A stretch of DNA of 64,000 bases from Octopus sinensis (Eukaryota): contig NC_043002.1 of NCBI RefSeq assembly GCF_006345805.1, positions 114,266,001 to 114,330,000 of the forward strand. The letters are read 5' to 3'. Position 1 is the first letter of the stretch. Every line of letters starts with the position of its first letter. The notes below the pieces were generated by a model. That model had not been told where the DNA came from. It made no database searches and worked only from the letters and a program-made list of their open reading frames with translations. The translations under genes were made by a program, and so were the position numbers. Shown here one piece after another: positions 1 through 12,533 of this stretch.

Positions 1-29
1 ATCTATCTATCTATCTATCTATCTATCTA
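1..29. repeat. (ATCT)n microsatellite (window edge)
   Basis: Direct: ATCT tetramer run. Confidence 0.95.
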
Positions 30-750
30 CACAGTAAGATGAGGGATAAAATATCCAGGCAGATACCAAATTTCTCTGAGTAAAATGCCAAGGTTGGCTC
101 TTTCGCATGGTGCGTTTCTTGGTAATCTTCCTTTAACTCCCATCCGACGTTCCAGTTTATTTCTTGGCTACTTAGAGCTTAAAGTATAATATTTGATAAT
201 AAGGAGAATGAGGAGAATGAAGAATTTAAACATTCAAACTTTATGTTTGTTTCCAGTTAGATTATTCATGATAATAGCCCGATACGTGTTTCGATCGCAC
301 CAAATGCATCGTGTTGCATATTCATATACAGCGATTTATGCATTATTAGTACGATCTGAAGAGGAGTGTTCCTCGGCAATTAGTTTAAATTAAGCTTTGT
401 GGTTACTACTACTAAACCACGACACTCTTCCATGAGATGTTTTTCTCAACTGTTTGTTTGGGTAAAATTCAGTACAAGGAGCAGCAGTGTTTGTTGAAGG
501 TAGCTAAAGTTCTTGGCTTGGCGGGGAGTGGTTACTTATAAAATACTTGTTTTTGATTGATTCTACATACTTTATCATCAGGTATTTTGATAGATTTCAG
601 AGTTGAAATTTGCGAAGGTTATTAATAGAAGTAGTGGGTAGTTACGAAGCAGTAAGAACAACGTGGTTATTAAAAAGAAGCAGTGTTGTATTTTAAATTC
701 TTCTAACTTGTCATTACTGTTGCTTTAAAGCGTTTTTAGGTTATATTATA

Positions 751-1150
751 CTAGCAGTATCGACCAGCGTTGCTCGGGTTTGTAAGGGAAATAACTATAT
801 AAGCATTTTTAGAGAGTTATAGCCAAAAAATAGCAAAAAATGCATTAAAAATGCAAAAAAATTGATGGTAAATTTTTTTAAAAATCATTGACTCATCGTA
901 GACATTTTTAGAGAGTTACTTCCCTTATATAATAGCGAAAAAATGCATTAAAATGGAAAAAAATGATGGTAAATTAAAAAAAAAATCGTAGACTCATCGT
1001 AGACGCGCGCTAATACCCAGAAGGGCTCGATATGAATCACGACTATAAGATACCCGGTTTTGGTTAAACTGCACCGCAAAATGTGGGAGTAGTTAGGAAT
1101 CTAAATCGTAGGAGACAGACAGCACACAACCTTACTTTTATATATAAAGA
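751..1150 (-). mobile_element. Non-autonomous Helitron, family H1
   Basis: Minus strand starts TC (1150-1149) and ends CTAG (754-751) after a GC hairpin, in an A/T target. Near-identical copies at 37495-37887 and 40822-41209. Confidence 0.8.
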
Positions 1151-1324
1151 TATAATTTTATAAATTGAATTCTATTCTATATTTTATATGCGTCATTATT
1201 ATTAGAGAAAAAAGTTTAATGAAATTATATGAATTGATGCATTCTGTTATTCAATTTTTTTAAAAAAGAAAACGTAAGTAATTAAAACTTCTTTCTTGTG
1301 TAATGTTGACTAATTAATTTTTCT

Positions 1325-1558
1325 AAGTAAATATTTGGTATAATTTCTCTAGGTATAAATTGCATCTTTCGTCCCCTATTTTATAAGGTTTCGCAGGACT
1401 AATAATTTCCCATTTTAATGAATACCTAATATTATTTTCATTCTTGAGCGACCATATAAGTTTTGAAAGTTTTCTCGCATTATTTCTAAACGAACTTTCA
1501 TCTGAAACCGACTTGAGAGGAAACACGATTACCGCCAGGATAATATAGCCCTTTAAAC

Positions 1559-1560
<2 letters not shown>
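1325..1560 (-). mobile_element. Penelope-like element GIY-YIG endonuclease C-terminal fragment
   Basis: Translation SSFRNNARKLSKLIWSLKNENNIRYSLKWEIISPAKPYKIGDERCNLYLEK matches the PLE endonuclease tail pattern LS..IW.LK......KW.I...A.PY......C.LC..EK. Bounded by (TA)n at 1563-1597. Confidence 0.75.
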
Positions 1561-1598
<38 letters not shown>

Positions 1599-1626
1599 AT
1601 TATGAGAGGTAATGGTGTCAATGAGA

Positions 1627-2080
1627 ACCAAAGGTGTCAGGTAATGCTGAATAAGTGCTATAGACAGACCATAGTTAAGTTCCAGGGCTCGGTGATTATG
1701 CGAAAAAGGGGTCCAGCGTGTGTATATGAAAAGGTTTTTTTCGTAATGACTGTATAGATTTTAGAACATTTATAAATAGGTCTTACAGCTGTTTCTAGGA
1801 TATTTATTATATCCCTTCATCGGAGACGTTGTGAGAAGCTAGTTAAGCAATCGTTAATTTAGATAAGATACGAAATAGAGAGTGAGGTCGAGTAATGAAA
1901 ATAGATGTGAGATATGCAAGGATATTGTATTTGTAGATTCATTATTTAGGCAGAATGGTATACATATAAGATTCCAATACCTTATGAGTAAAATCCAATA
2001 CTATTTAAAATTGGTCATTCCAAATATAGAGTTTATACACAGTGTTATTGAATCAAGGGTTTTACTTAAAGTTTTTATTT
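1627..2080 (-). mobile_element. PLE terminal-repeat (pLTR)-like element, family P1
   Basis: Reverse complement of 32592-33075. Microsatellite-flanked and contains an HHR-like motif. Confidence 0.7.
1780..1827 (-). ncRNA. Minimal type I hammerhead ribozyme-like motif (U4C variant)
   Basis: Minus strand GTCT-CCGATGA-A-GGGATAT-AATAA-ATATCCT-A-GAAAC-AGCT-GTA-AGAC: helix I GTCT/AGAC, palindromic loop III AGCT, GUA cleavage triplet. Confidence 0.55.
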
Positions 2081-2081
2081 A

Positions 2082-2118
<37 letters not shown>

Positions 2119-3860
2119 GAGTGAGTGAGTTGTACGGATTAAATAATCCATAGATGTAGTTGGTAGCAATAAATACGCAGAGAAGACGTGAATTTAAAAT
2201 GTAAAATTACAAAATATATTTTATCAAGTTATTTTTTAATTTTTACCGACAAGTCAAGGAAATTGATGTTACTCCCATTGTTCTAACACTTGTCAATATT
2301 TACTGGCCTCCATTTTTTGAGATCACAGAAACGTTGGAGAGCGGGAGAAAATGCTAATGTTATTTAGTTACAGCTTTTCTCATTCCGAGTTCAAATCCTG
2401 TCGATCTTTCATTCCTCCAGCCGTTGATACAATAAAATACCAGTCATTACTGGAGTTTATCTAAAATTCATATGAAAGTAACTTGGATGTAAGTGAAATT
2501 ATCATGGAGGCTTTTTAAAAAGGAAACTTTTGAGCTAATGAACGTGCTTTTATATTAGAAATAGTAGGTAAATCTCCCCCAAATCATACCCTATTGTTGT
2601 CTTAAAAATGGAAGACTCATTGAACAATGTAGTTCTTGTAAGAAAAGACAGGATATTCAGGACGGTATGTTCCATTAAGGTTGCCTCGAACTACAGCAAC
2701 AATAGTTTTCATAAAAACGTATGAAGTAGCAGTCGTCTTTTAATTTACCTTGCTGACATTGCAACAACAGACTATGGCGAAAGAACTCTTGGGTGCCGAC
2801 ATCAAGACCCTAAACCATTATTCTGTAGTTGTTTACCATCCTCTCAACAATCTGCTGTAATATCCTCAATGTAGCTTATATCCTGTTCCAATTTCTTCTA
2901 CTACTACCTACCGACCTTATACAACAGAGCAAACCATCTAACACCGAACACGGTCTGATGATTACGAAAAATCACGCTGAGCCGAGGAATAATTACTTTT
3001 CAATGTAGACGAGACTGTTGTTTTATACAGTTGGCTGCTAAGTTTCGTTTGACTGCTTCAAATACGTACAGCAAACGTTCTCAAACGATATTAATATTTA
3101 ACTATTTCAGTTTAATTACTTTTAGATTCCTGTTGTTTATCGTCGCCTCTCGATTGGGATGTACACCATTCACATCAACACAAAATAATATCCCGCCAAG
3201 CTAACGAGTAAGCCTATATATGATCGCTGAATCTGCTAGAAATAGCAATCATATCTTCCTAAAATTACACCCTACTGTCTTAAAAACGTAAGGAGACATT
3301 GAACAATGTCGCCATAAGCTAGGATGCTTTTGATCATAGATCTGATGATTAGAACTGATCTGGAGCTAACTAACTTCAACAGCACATTTCTCTTCAGGGT
3401 AAAATGCCATCTCCACCACAAGACAATAAACTAGCACAGAATTTGACTGAAGCTGCGTTTCCTAATAAACAATAATTAATATTCATTCATCAGCATTTGT
3501 TTAATTTTCATTCATTTCGATTGGCAGATCTATTTTCTTTGTCTTATATTGAAGTGGAATGATATTAGGATTTGATGATCAGGTACGTTATCATGTGTGT
3601 TGAAACGAAACCTATCGAGTTGAAGTGTGATATAACAACTGTTAATATTAAAGAGATCAGAACCAAGAGTGGATCTTTAAGGGTACTAGGCATATTAGGA
3701 ATAACAGCTTTGATCGGGATTAGTGGATTATTTGCATACGGCTTTCTATATATGACATGACCTTCAGAAAGGCTCCCTCTCCACGAATCCAGTGATATTC
3801 AAACTGCAAAGGTATTCAAAGTGAATTGCATGATTGCTGTCTCAAATGCAGCAGCTAGAT

Positions 3861-4124
3861 CAATGCTTCTCAACCGGGGTCCATATGGCCCCTGGGAGTT
3901 CATATGTGATTTTGTTAAAATTTATCTGCAATAAATAGGTTATACTTCAACAATGCAGAAAATATTTTAATAATTATTTTCATACAATTTCTAATGATAT
4001 TTAATTATAAAAAATATAATAGGAATTTTTAAACATCGAATGGTTATGAGGGTCCATCTAAGTAAAATAGGGATCAAAGGGAGCCCAAAGGGAGCCCAAG
4101 GGGAAAAAGGGTTGAGAATCACCG
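3861..4124. mobile_element. hAT (Buster/Charlie-type) MITE
   Basis: Imperfect TIRs CAATGCTTCTCAACC / GGTTGAGAATCACCG. 8-bp TSD AGCTAGAT / AGCGAGAT (7 of 8 match). Confidence 0.8.
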
Positions 4125-4276
4125 AGCGAGATCAAACCGTAGAAAATAGGAATATAGTTTCACAAGTGGAAAATTATCTCTGTTGGTCTTACCCGTCTTG
4201 GAACACCTGCTAAAATCATGGTTATAGCCCTTGCATCTAGACACCACAAATAAATACTTCTTTAGATAATTTTGCT

Positions 4277-4611
4277 GTGAAGGCGCATGGCTCAGTGGTT
4301 AGAGCGTCGAGCTTACGATCGTGAGGTTGTGAGTTCGAATACCAGAACGGGCTGCATGTTGTGTTCTTGAGCAAGACACTTTATTTCACGTTGCTCCAAT
4401 TCACTCGGCTGTAGAAATGAGTTGCGACGTCAAGGTGCCAAGCTACATCAGCCGTTTTCTTTCCCTTGGATAACACCGATGGCGAGGAGAGGGTAGGCCG
4501 GTATGCATGGGCGACTGCTGCTCTTCCATAAACAACCTTGCCCGGACCTGTGCCTCGGAGGGTAACTTTCTCGGTGCAATCCCAAAATCAGTCATGACCG
4601 ACGGTCTCAGC
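4277..4611 (+). mobile_element. tRNA-derived SINE, family B
   Basis: A box TGGCTCAGTGG, B box GAGTTCGAAT. 13-bp TSD AGATAATTTTGCT at 4264-4276 and 4612-4624. Confidence 0.85.
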
Positions 4612-4931
4612 AGATAATTTTGCTATATACGCTGAACATCAAAGTCGCAGTTATGTAATTTCTTGTACCCTGATTGTTTGGAAGAAGGTGGGTCATTTTA
4701 TTTTTATCATGAATTAATGATTAAATCGACAAAGTACCACATTTTCTACGAGACTTATTTTTATGTTTGGTTTTTAAGAACTTCATAACGAAGCTGTTAT
4801 TTTTTAATAATAAAAAAATATTAAACTGAAGCTTTCAAACCTTCCATCAAGCAAGGTTTAACGATATAATAATTTTTGATAATGATCTGAGAAAAAAGAT
4901 TTGAAGACCCAACCACATGGCTCCGGGGGTG

Positions 4932-5016
4932 CTACTATAGTATGATGTCTACCATCCATTTTCTACTATAGTATGATGTCTACCATCCATTTTCTACTAT
5001 AGTATGATATCTACCA
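4932..5016. repeat. 31-bp minisatellite, about 2.7 copies
   Basis: CTACTATAGTATGATGTCTACCATCCATTTT starting at 4932, 4963 and 4994. Confidence 0.9.
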
Positions 5017-5362
5017 ACTGTTGGTAGTATGAAATATGTTAAGAATCATTAAATATTTATTCTAGAAAAGGAAAGGAGCCTAATAAACAGTTTGTAGTGT
5101 AAAAGTTATTAAAACTCATTAACACCTTATTATACGAAATACTACAACAAAAATCATTAAATATTGATTTTTATGTTTTAGAAAAGCAGTGAACACGCCA
5201 TCGTTTTTCTTGAGCATTTTCCAACAATAATGATCCAAATGTGATTGAAAATGTTGAGTAGGTACGCTTTTTTTTTCTTGAGTAAGTGGTTTGTTTGGTA
5301 GATTGCATTGTCATTTACGGTAGGTCGCAGATAGCAAGGTTGATATTATACTACAGTTGCAC

Positions 5363-5485
5363 CGTTCCGGGTTTAGTTCCACTGCGTGGCACCTTAGGCA
5401 GTGTCTTCTACTATTTATTGCCTAAGGCTGACCAAGCCTTGTGGGTGGATTTTCGTAGATGGAAACTGTGAGAAGCCCATCCTAT

Positions 5486-5534
<49 letters not shown>

Positions 5535-5545
5535 TATATATATAA
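5363..5545 (+). mobile_element. SINE family A, partial 5' half
   Basis: Contains GTGGCACCTTAGGCAGTGTCTTCTACTAT...GTAGATGGAAACTG, matching other family A copies. Confidence 0.75.
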
Positions 5546-5599
5546 AGCGGCGTTCGTACACCCTTGTGTTCACCTTATACTAGGTATGTATCTAAATTT

Positions 5600-6290
5600 T
5601 CTACGACTCTTACTTTATCTTTTATTTCCCCTCTCATTTTTCTTCTTTTCTCTCTCCCTCTCTCTTACATTTCTTGGCCCTCTCTTTCTTTAACTCTTAC
5701 TCGTTTATCTCCTCTGCATATTTCCCTTTGTCTCTGATTTTTTACTAATCCTCCAATCCCGCTGTCCCCTACCCATCTCTCCTCCGTCCACGTGACCGGT
5801 GTCCGGTCACCCATGATCTTTCTTTCTTAGCCTGACTGCCGACCGTCAACACGTCTTTGTGTCCGTCTCCCATGTTCTTGCCTTTAGGCTTTCACTTCAT
5901 ATACGCCAGCTCAATTTGAATCGTTCTCAGTCGAAAGACGTCTGTTATTATCTCGTGTTGTTGTATTCGTAACTGTGTACCATGTTCTCTTTTTTGTTTG
6001 TTTGTTTTTTGTGTTTGTTTTTTCATATTTGTTGCCGTACACATTCGCTAACTTTCTTACAAAGGGGTCTAATGCTCTTAGCTTAGACTTTTTGGGGGAC
6101 AACCAGATCGAACCATCTCAAGTGTAACTGCCTGAAATGGTTGTGATTTCTAGGACTTGACTGATGAAAGAAAGCCAAGAATGACCCCTTCTTTTTTTGC
6201 CTGTCCTTCTAATTGTCGTTTCTCTTGTCCGCCTTTGTGTCGTCTATCTGTCCGAACGTTTTAATGCCCTCTATTGCGTTTTCGTTCCAT
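5600..6290 (+). mobile_element. Dispersed repeat family P2 (probable PLE terminal region, with polypyrimidine leader)
   Basis: Diverged homology to the reverse complements of 7080-7880 and 16505-16855. Ends in (TA)n. PLE assignment is inference. Confidence 0.5.
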
Positions 6291-6297
6291 ATATATA

Positions 6298-6346
<49 letters not shown>

Positions 6347-6525
6347 CAAACTTACAATTGCTTTTTAGACGCGCCGAATGTCTATCGTACGATACAGAAA
6401 ACAGCAGAAGAATTGAGCAATATTACCCTCACAATTTTCCTACTGTTTTAATGGTGATACTGCGTTCGAAAATATCTCTTTCTTGTGTGTATCGTACAAT
6501 CTACATACATACATACATTGCATAC

Positions 6526-6940
6526 ATAGGCGCAGGAGTGGCTGTGTGGTAAGTAGCTTGCTTACCAACCACATGGTTCCGGGTTCAGTCCCACTGCGTG
6601 GCATCTTGGGCAAGTGTCTTCTGCTATAGCCCCGGGCCGACCAATGCCTTGTGAGTGGATTTGGTAGACGGAAACTGAAAGAAGCATGTCGTATATATGC
6701 ATATATATATATATGTACGTGTGGGTGTGTTTGTGTGTCTGTGTTTGTCCCCCTAGCATTGCTTGACAACCAATGCTGGTGTGTTTAAGTCCCCGTCACT
6801 TAGCAGTTCGGCAAAAGAGACCGATAGAATAAGTATTGGGCTTACAAAGAATAAGTCCCGGGGTCGATTTGCTCGACTAAAGGCGGTGCTCCAGCATGGC
6901 CGCAGTCAAATGACTGAAACATGTAAAAGAGTAAAAGAGT
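6526..6940 (+). mobile_element. tRNA-derived SINE family A (CORE-like motif, internal microsatellite), full length
   Basis: Head ATAGGCGCAGGAGTGGCTGTGTGGTAAG, B box GGTTCAGTCCC, CORE-like ACCTTGGGCAAGTG motif (here ATCTTGGGCAAGTG), tail GACTGAAAC-(GTAAAAGA)n. About 11 copies in the window. Confidence 0.9.
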
Positions 6941-6943
6941 ATA

Positions 6944-6980
<37 letters not shown>

Positions 6981-6983
6981 CAC

Positions 6984-7054
<71 letters not shown>

Positions 7055-7079
7055 ACACACACACACACACACACATAAA

Positions 7080-7739
7080 AGGTAAAAAAACACAACAAAC
7101 GGAAACCGTCAAAACACAACAAGCAGAGAAAGGACGAAAGCACAACAACGGCTGACAGGACGAATAAAGATACATGGATCATTCCCAGCCAATTGCCTCT
7201 TCAGTCGGAGTCTGGAATGTCCACGTAGTTTCGCCCAATCCTCTTCGATACTACTCGAAACCGGTTGGGCCAAGAGCTTAAGGTAAAAGCATTAAGCCCC
7301 TTGGCAAGGGAAACGAATGTACATATACAAAACACAAAGAAGTAACAAACAGAAGGGATCTTTCGACTATCAGACGAGTATAGTAAGGAAAAAGGGAATG
7401 GAAAAATCTTTACTGATCGGGTGGTAAGATAGAACAGAATAGATGCGACTGACCTCATGGGCAGTCGGCCGAAAAGAACGACGATGTCTAAACCGGACAG
7501 TAATCTCGTGGTAGGGAAGGGGAGGAGTTGAAGGGGGCAGAAAGACAAAGGAATAGGAGAAAGGAGAAAGAAATCAGAGGGACCAAAGAATGAGAGGGGG
7601 AGAGAGGGGAACAAGGTAGAAGGGAGGTAAGTGAAGGAAAGCAAAAGAGATTGAAAAAATAAGAGGGAGGGGGAAAGGGATTAAGGAATACGAGAGAGGG
7701 AAATGAAATCGGAGGGACAGAGGGACGAGAGGGAGAGAC

Positions 7740-7772
<33 letters not shown>

Positions 7773-7880
7773 AGGAAGGAAGGAAGACTAAGAGGAGAAA
7801 AGCGAGGAAGAGAGGGTGAGAGAGACAGAGAGCGAAAGGGAGGGAAAGAGAGACAGAGTGAAAGAGGAGGAAAGAAAAAG
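7080..7880 (-). mobile_element. Dispersed repeat family P2, inverted copy
   Basis: Diverged reverse-complement similarity to 5600-6290, with a purine-rich tract at 7500-7880. Confidence 0.45.
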
Positions 7881-8065
7881 GGAGAAAGGCGAGGAGATAG
7901 GTATTCTCTACATTATTTACATTTGACGGATATTTGTCTTCATCTTGTTTGTTGTAACACTGAGTAGAAATTAAAGGGGTCTACTGGCAAAAAAAAAAAA
8001 AAAATGGTTGATAACCATTTATCTACCTTTTTTTTTCGGGTATAGCATTTCTAAAACAGGCATAG

Positions 8066-8131
8066 TGTATCTACTAGATACACATTGGAATAATATATCT
8101 AGATACTATCTAGATATATCATTCCAATGTG
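8066..8131. repeat. Nested short palindromes
   Basis: GTGTATCTA-C-TAGATACAC (8066-8084) overlaps a 25-bp-arm hairpin 8081-8131 with one mismatch. Confidence 0.85.
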
Positions 8132-9494
8132 CCTTCCTTTTTTTTTAAGACAGTAAGGTATGGCCAAGAAGCAGCCGATTACCATTTCTAGCCGGTCGAA
8201 TAACCGCATAGAGGTTCCATCATTGGGTTGTGTTGGTTGTTAAGGGATTTGTGGTGGCGGTAAAAATCACAGAGATGAAAATTGCTGCCTACTTCAAGGT
8301 CCTACCAAAGACGTTCCTGCCCAAACTATTCACTCTATTCTTATTTCCAGGAATACATTGTCCAATATATCCTTAGTTATTGTTGTTGTTGTTCCTTCTC
8401 TTTCACTTTGTTTCTCTTTCCCTCCCTTTCCCTCTCTGTCTCTCTCACCCTCTCGTCCTCGCTTTTCTCCTCTTAGTCCTTCCTTCCTTCTCTCTCTCTT
8501 TATCTCTCTTTTGTCTCTCTCTTTCTCTCTGTCTCTCCCTCTCGTTCCTCTGTCCCTCCGATTTCATTTTCCCTCTCTCGTATTCCTTAATCCCTTTCCC
8601 CCTCCCTCTTATTTTTCAATCTCTTTTGCTTTCATTCCTCACTTACCTCCCTTGTTACTATTGCAGTTGTTTAGCCCCAGGTCAGTCCTTATAAAGAAAA
8701 CCTACCACAAAAGAGATTCTAGCCATGATCAATATATAATCCAACATGTTTTTTTTTCAAAGACAGTAGCGTGAGATTTGAAGGAAAATTCAGCTCCCTG
8801 TTGCAACACACCAAGTGACCACGTAAATATTTTTTCATTAGCTCGTATCCTTCATTTTTGTGAAAACAGACGATAGATTCTAATTTCAGGTATATGTGGA
8901 TGTGATTTTTAGTATAACGGACGTACATTCAGATGCTCGCTCTTTGATCTAACAGCGATGATAGTAGCTGTTTACACAAACACTACTCCCACTAAACCAA
9001 TCCTGATGATGAAAATATATGACTTCAGGCCTTCAGCCATGACCATTACATCTTTTTAGGAGTACATACGAATACATTAGCTTATGTGTCCTTTCTTGTT
9101 AACGATGCTAGGAGCTGAATCGAGGGGTATTTGTTTGTTATTTCTAGTTAACCGAGCGACAATGTACCGGCTTCTATGTTGGCTGGGGAGAATATATGTA
9201 GTTAATGATAATGGAGCCGACGATGGTGATGGTGGTCACGGTAACGGAAGACTTGGTTGTGGTTAATGATGGTTATCTTGCGGATGGAGTATTTGTGGAT
9301 GTGTTTATGAAGGTGATGGTGACGGTAATGCACACTGATCACAGTCTTCGATGTTATACGTACATACGTACGCCTGCCTGCCTGCCTGCTTGTCTGTATG
9401 CATGTGTGTATGTAAATACATACATATACATGTATATGCAGGCATGTATCTCTTTATGTGTGTGTGTGTTTCTGTCTATATCTATATGCACAAC

Positions 9495-9499
9495 ACACA

Positions 9500-9545
<46 letters not shown>

Positions 9546-9648
9546 ACACACACACACACACACAGAGTCAATTCAAATAAACGAAGAATAAAATTAACGT
9601 TAACAGACAAGAGGTGTACAAGGAATGTATTGGGTTTCACGCTGAGTA

Positions 9649-9720
<72 letters not shown>

Positions 9721-9880
9721 TGTGGTGTGTGTGTGTGCGTGCGTGTGTGTGGTGTGTGTGTGTGTGTGTGCGCGTGCGTGCGTGTGTGTGTGTGTGTGTG
9801 GTGTGTGTGTGTGTGTGTGTGTGCGCGTGTGTGTGTGTTGTGTGTGTGTGTTGTGGTGTGTGTGTGTGTGTGTGTGTGTG
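9495..9880. repeat. (CA)n tract followed by (GT)n tract
   Basis: (CA)n about 9495-9563, interrupted (GT)n about 9652-9880. Confidence 0.95.
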
Positions 9881-10134
9881 CACGCAATGTATGTACGTAT
9901 CTATATTATATATTCTCTCAGTAGTTTTAGTCGATGGACTTACGGCCATGCCTGAACTCGGCTTTATTCTTTCTTTATCACCACCGATTTTTTTGTTCAG
10001 TTTTGTTGAAGTTTTATGACCAGGAGTTGGTCTAGAATTGAGTGAGTTTCAGTTGATCTTCCTTCAGTGTAAACTTTCATGGTTGGCTGGTTTAACAGCT
10101 GCATTACTTTCGTACGTGGCATTTATTCAAACAA

Positions 10135-10435
10135 AGTTATACATGTTTGTTCCTTCTCGAGCCACACCTGGCTCATGGGGCCGGTTTCCCGGTTTCCTTG
10201 GCGTATAGGTTTCCCACTTCGACGGGACGCCGGTCCGTCGCAGGTGAGCTGCAAGATGCAGGAGGAAAGAGTGAGAGAAAGTTGTGGCGAAAGAGTCAGA
10301 AGAAGTCCGCCATTACCTTCTGCCAGAGCCGCGTGGAGCTTAGGTGCTTCGCTTATAAATACACACATCGCCCGGTCTGAGATTCGAACCCACGAAGCCG
10401 CTGCTCTAACCGCTAGACCATGTACCTCCACACTA
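10135..10435 (-). mobile_element. tRNA-derived SINE (family D-like head, different tail)
   Basis: Minus strand TGGTCTAGCGGTTAGAGC...GGTTCGAATC, shared CCACAACTTTCTCTCACTC block, tail GGAAACCGGCCCCATGAGCC. Confidence 0.7.
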
Positions 10436-10940
10436 AAAGAGCAAACCAATGAGGATGAGATTGAAACTCACACGGGAATAACCCAATGGATTAGCAGTCT
10501 CTCACCTTAACCACTCGACCACTGCAAGTTATAAATAACAAATGTTAATTTTATTTGGTAGAAAATATGATTGTTCCAGGGACTTCAACCAAATTACCAT
10601 TGGAGTTTCACCCGATAAAACAATATTTTCAAAATCTACCCCTTGATCCCGTATTGAGTAAAGAGAAATAATTAAGATGGTAAATTTTGGTAAGTGCACT
10701 TGCACGTGTTTCACCAAGAAAACCCCCCACAAAACTCGGATTTTTTGTGACTTATCAAAATTTACCGTTAAGATAAAAGAAAAACAATTCTTATAGCCAC
10801 ATGTATGTATAATGCCAAAAGAATAAAGGGCGAACTCTTAGACAAAACAATAATAAACGAAATACAATATAGAAACGACGAACGCACAAACAGCATAAAT
10901 CCATACATAAACATATGCATACATAGAAAAATAGAAACAT

Positions 10941-11116
10941 GTGGCTGTGTGGTAAGTAGCTTGCTTACCAACTACAGGATTCCGGGTTCAGTCCCACTGC
11001 GTGGCACCTTGAGCAAGTGTCTTCTACTATAGCCTCGGGCCGACCAAAGCCTTGTGAGTGGATTTGGTAGACGGAAACTGAAAGAAGCCCGTCGTATATA
11101 TGTATATATATATATA

Positions 11117-11160
<44 letters not shown>

Positions 11161-11389
11161 GTGTGTGTGTGTATATGTTTGTGTGTCTATGTTTGTCCTC
11201 CCAACATCGCTTGATAACCGATGCTGGTGTGTTTACGTCCCCGTAACCTAGCGGTTCGGCATAAGTGTCCGATAGAATAAGTATTAGGCTTACAAAAAAT
11301 AAGTCCTGGAGTTGATTTGCTCGACTAAAAGACGGTGGTCCAGCGGCGTGGCCGCAGTCAAATGACTGAAACGAGTAAAAGAGTAAAAG

Positions 11390-11390
<1 letters not shown>
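10941..11390 (+). mobile_element. SINE family A
   Basis: Full body with internal (GT)n. Confidence 0.9.
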
Positions 11391-11458
<68 letters not shown>

Positions 11459-11892
11459 CTCTCTTTTACTCTCTTTACTTGTTTCAGTCATTTGACTGCG
11501 GCCATGCTGGAGCAACACCTTCAATCGAGCAACTCGACCCCGGGACTTATTCTTTGTAAGCCCAGTACTTATTCTATCCGTCTCTTTTGTCGAACCGCTA
11601 AGTGACGGGGACATAAACACACCAGCATCGGTTGTCAAGCGATGCTGGGGGACAAACACAGACATACAAACATACACGCACACACATATATATACACATA
11701 TATATACACATATATATATACATATATACGACGGGCTTCTTTCAGTTTCCGTCTACCAAATCCACTCATAAGGCTTTGGTCGGCCCGAGGCTATAGTAGA
11801 AGACACTTGCCCAAGGTGCCACGCAGTGGGACTGAACCCGGAACCGTGTGGTTGGTAAACAAGCTACTTACCACACAGCCACTCCTGCGCCA

Positions 11893-11893
<1 letters not shown>
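11459..11893 (-). mobile_element. SINE family A (inverted relative to the preceding copy)
   Basis: Reverse complement of the family A consensus, tail-to-tail across a (TA)n spacer. Confidence 0.9.
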
Positions 11894-11954
<61 letters not shown>

Positions 11955-12169
11955 GAATACTTGACCGCGATATCCTATAAGCTGAGATTTTTCATCAAAG
12001 AAGAAGAAGAAGAAAGAGAAGGGAGAATATGAATGAGTGAAAGTAGCGAGGTATTGGATGACAAAGTTAGCACGTTATGGATTATAGCAGTGATTGGGTC
12101 TGATTTTTAATGGGTTCTTAGGAATGTAATATTTGCGTGTGTATTTGTGTTATTCTAAGGCCGAGGTGG

Positions 12170-12511
12170 ATATATCGTTTGTCGTAGACGCGTTCAGAAG
12201 GGGCCTGTATTTTGTAATAAAGAGAGTTTCTTTACTAATTCGTTGGTTCCAGTTTGTATCGTCCCTGAATTGGTAGAGGGGAAAAATTCCGAAGCTTGGA
12301 ATTTTGTTGTTGGCGCAAATATCTATGTGTTGGCTGAATGCAATTTTTCTGTTTTGGGGAATTTTTATCTAGGATCTGTGCAAGGCCATTCTTTTACGTA
12401 AACTATTTCTTGTTTGGCCTATGTATTGTTCTTGACACCCAGAGCAGGTTAGTGTGTATATAGGTTCTCCGAAGCACATGTGAAGTTGCTTTTCACTGTG
12501 AAACGTTGTCC
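12170..12511 (-). mobile_element. PLE (Neptune-like) GIY-YIG endonuclease fragment
   Basis: Hand translation GQRFTVKSNFTCASENLYTLTCSGCQEQYIGQTRNSLRKRMALHRS*IKIPQNRKIAFSQHIDICANNKIPSFGIFPLYQFRDDTNWNQRISKETLFITKYRPLLN: Cys knuckle, YIG, R..H, and E....LN motifs, with one stop. Confidence 0.85.
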
Positions 12512-12533
12512 AACCCTAACCCTAACCCTAACC
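12512..12533. repeat. Short interstitial (CCCTAA)n
   Basis: AACCCTAACCCTAACCCTAACC. The same motif occurs inside the 62109-62879 element. Confidence 0.8.

Noticed and set aside
275-385. Hammerhead-like pieces near the window start
   Set aside because: The minus strand has a good helix II and GAAAC-ACGT-ATC but no CUGANGA. The plus strand has CTGAAGA but no GAAA. Neither strand gives a complete fold.
2950-2975. CTGATGA-TTAC-GAAA
   Set aside because: No helix I, II or III complementarity. Expected by chance.
4277-4350. tRNA genes at SINE heads (also 42345, 41691, 6526)
   Set aside because: A and B boxes are present, but no complete cloverleaf, and each continues into a SINE body, several with TSDs.
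7190-7275. HHR-like motifs on both strands (ambisense idea)
   Set aside because: Each motif lacks a helix or a valid NUH site. Too degenerate to support.
9935-9960. 5S rRNA-like start CTTACGGCCAT...CCTGAAC
   Set aside because: Only about 20 nt with a gap, and no internal control region follows.
12512-12533. Telomere or chromosome-fusion site
   Set aside because: Only about 3.5 repeats, and the motif is an internal part of a transposon family (see 62109-62879).
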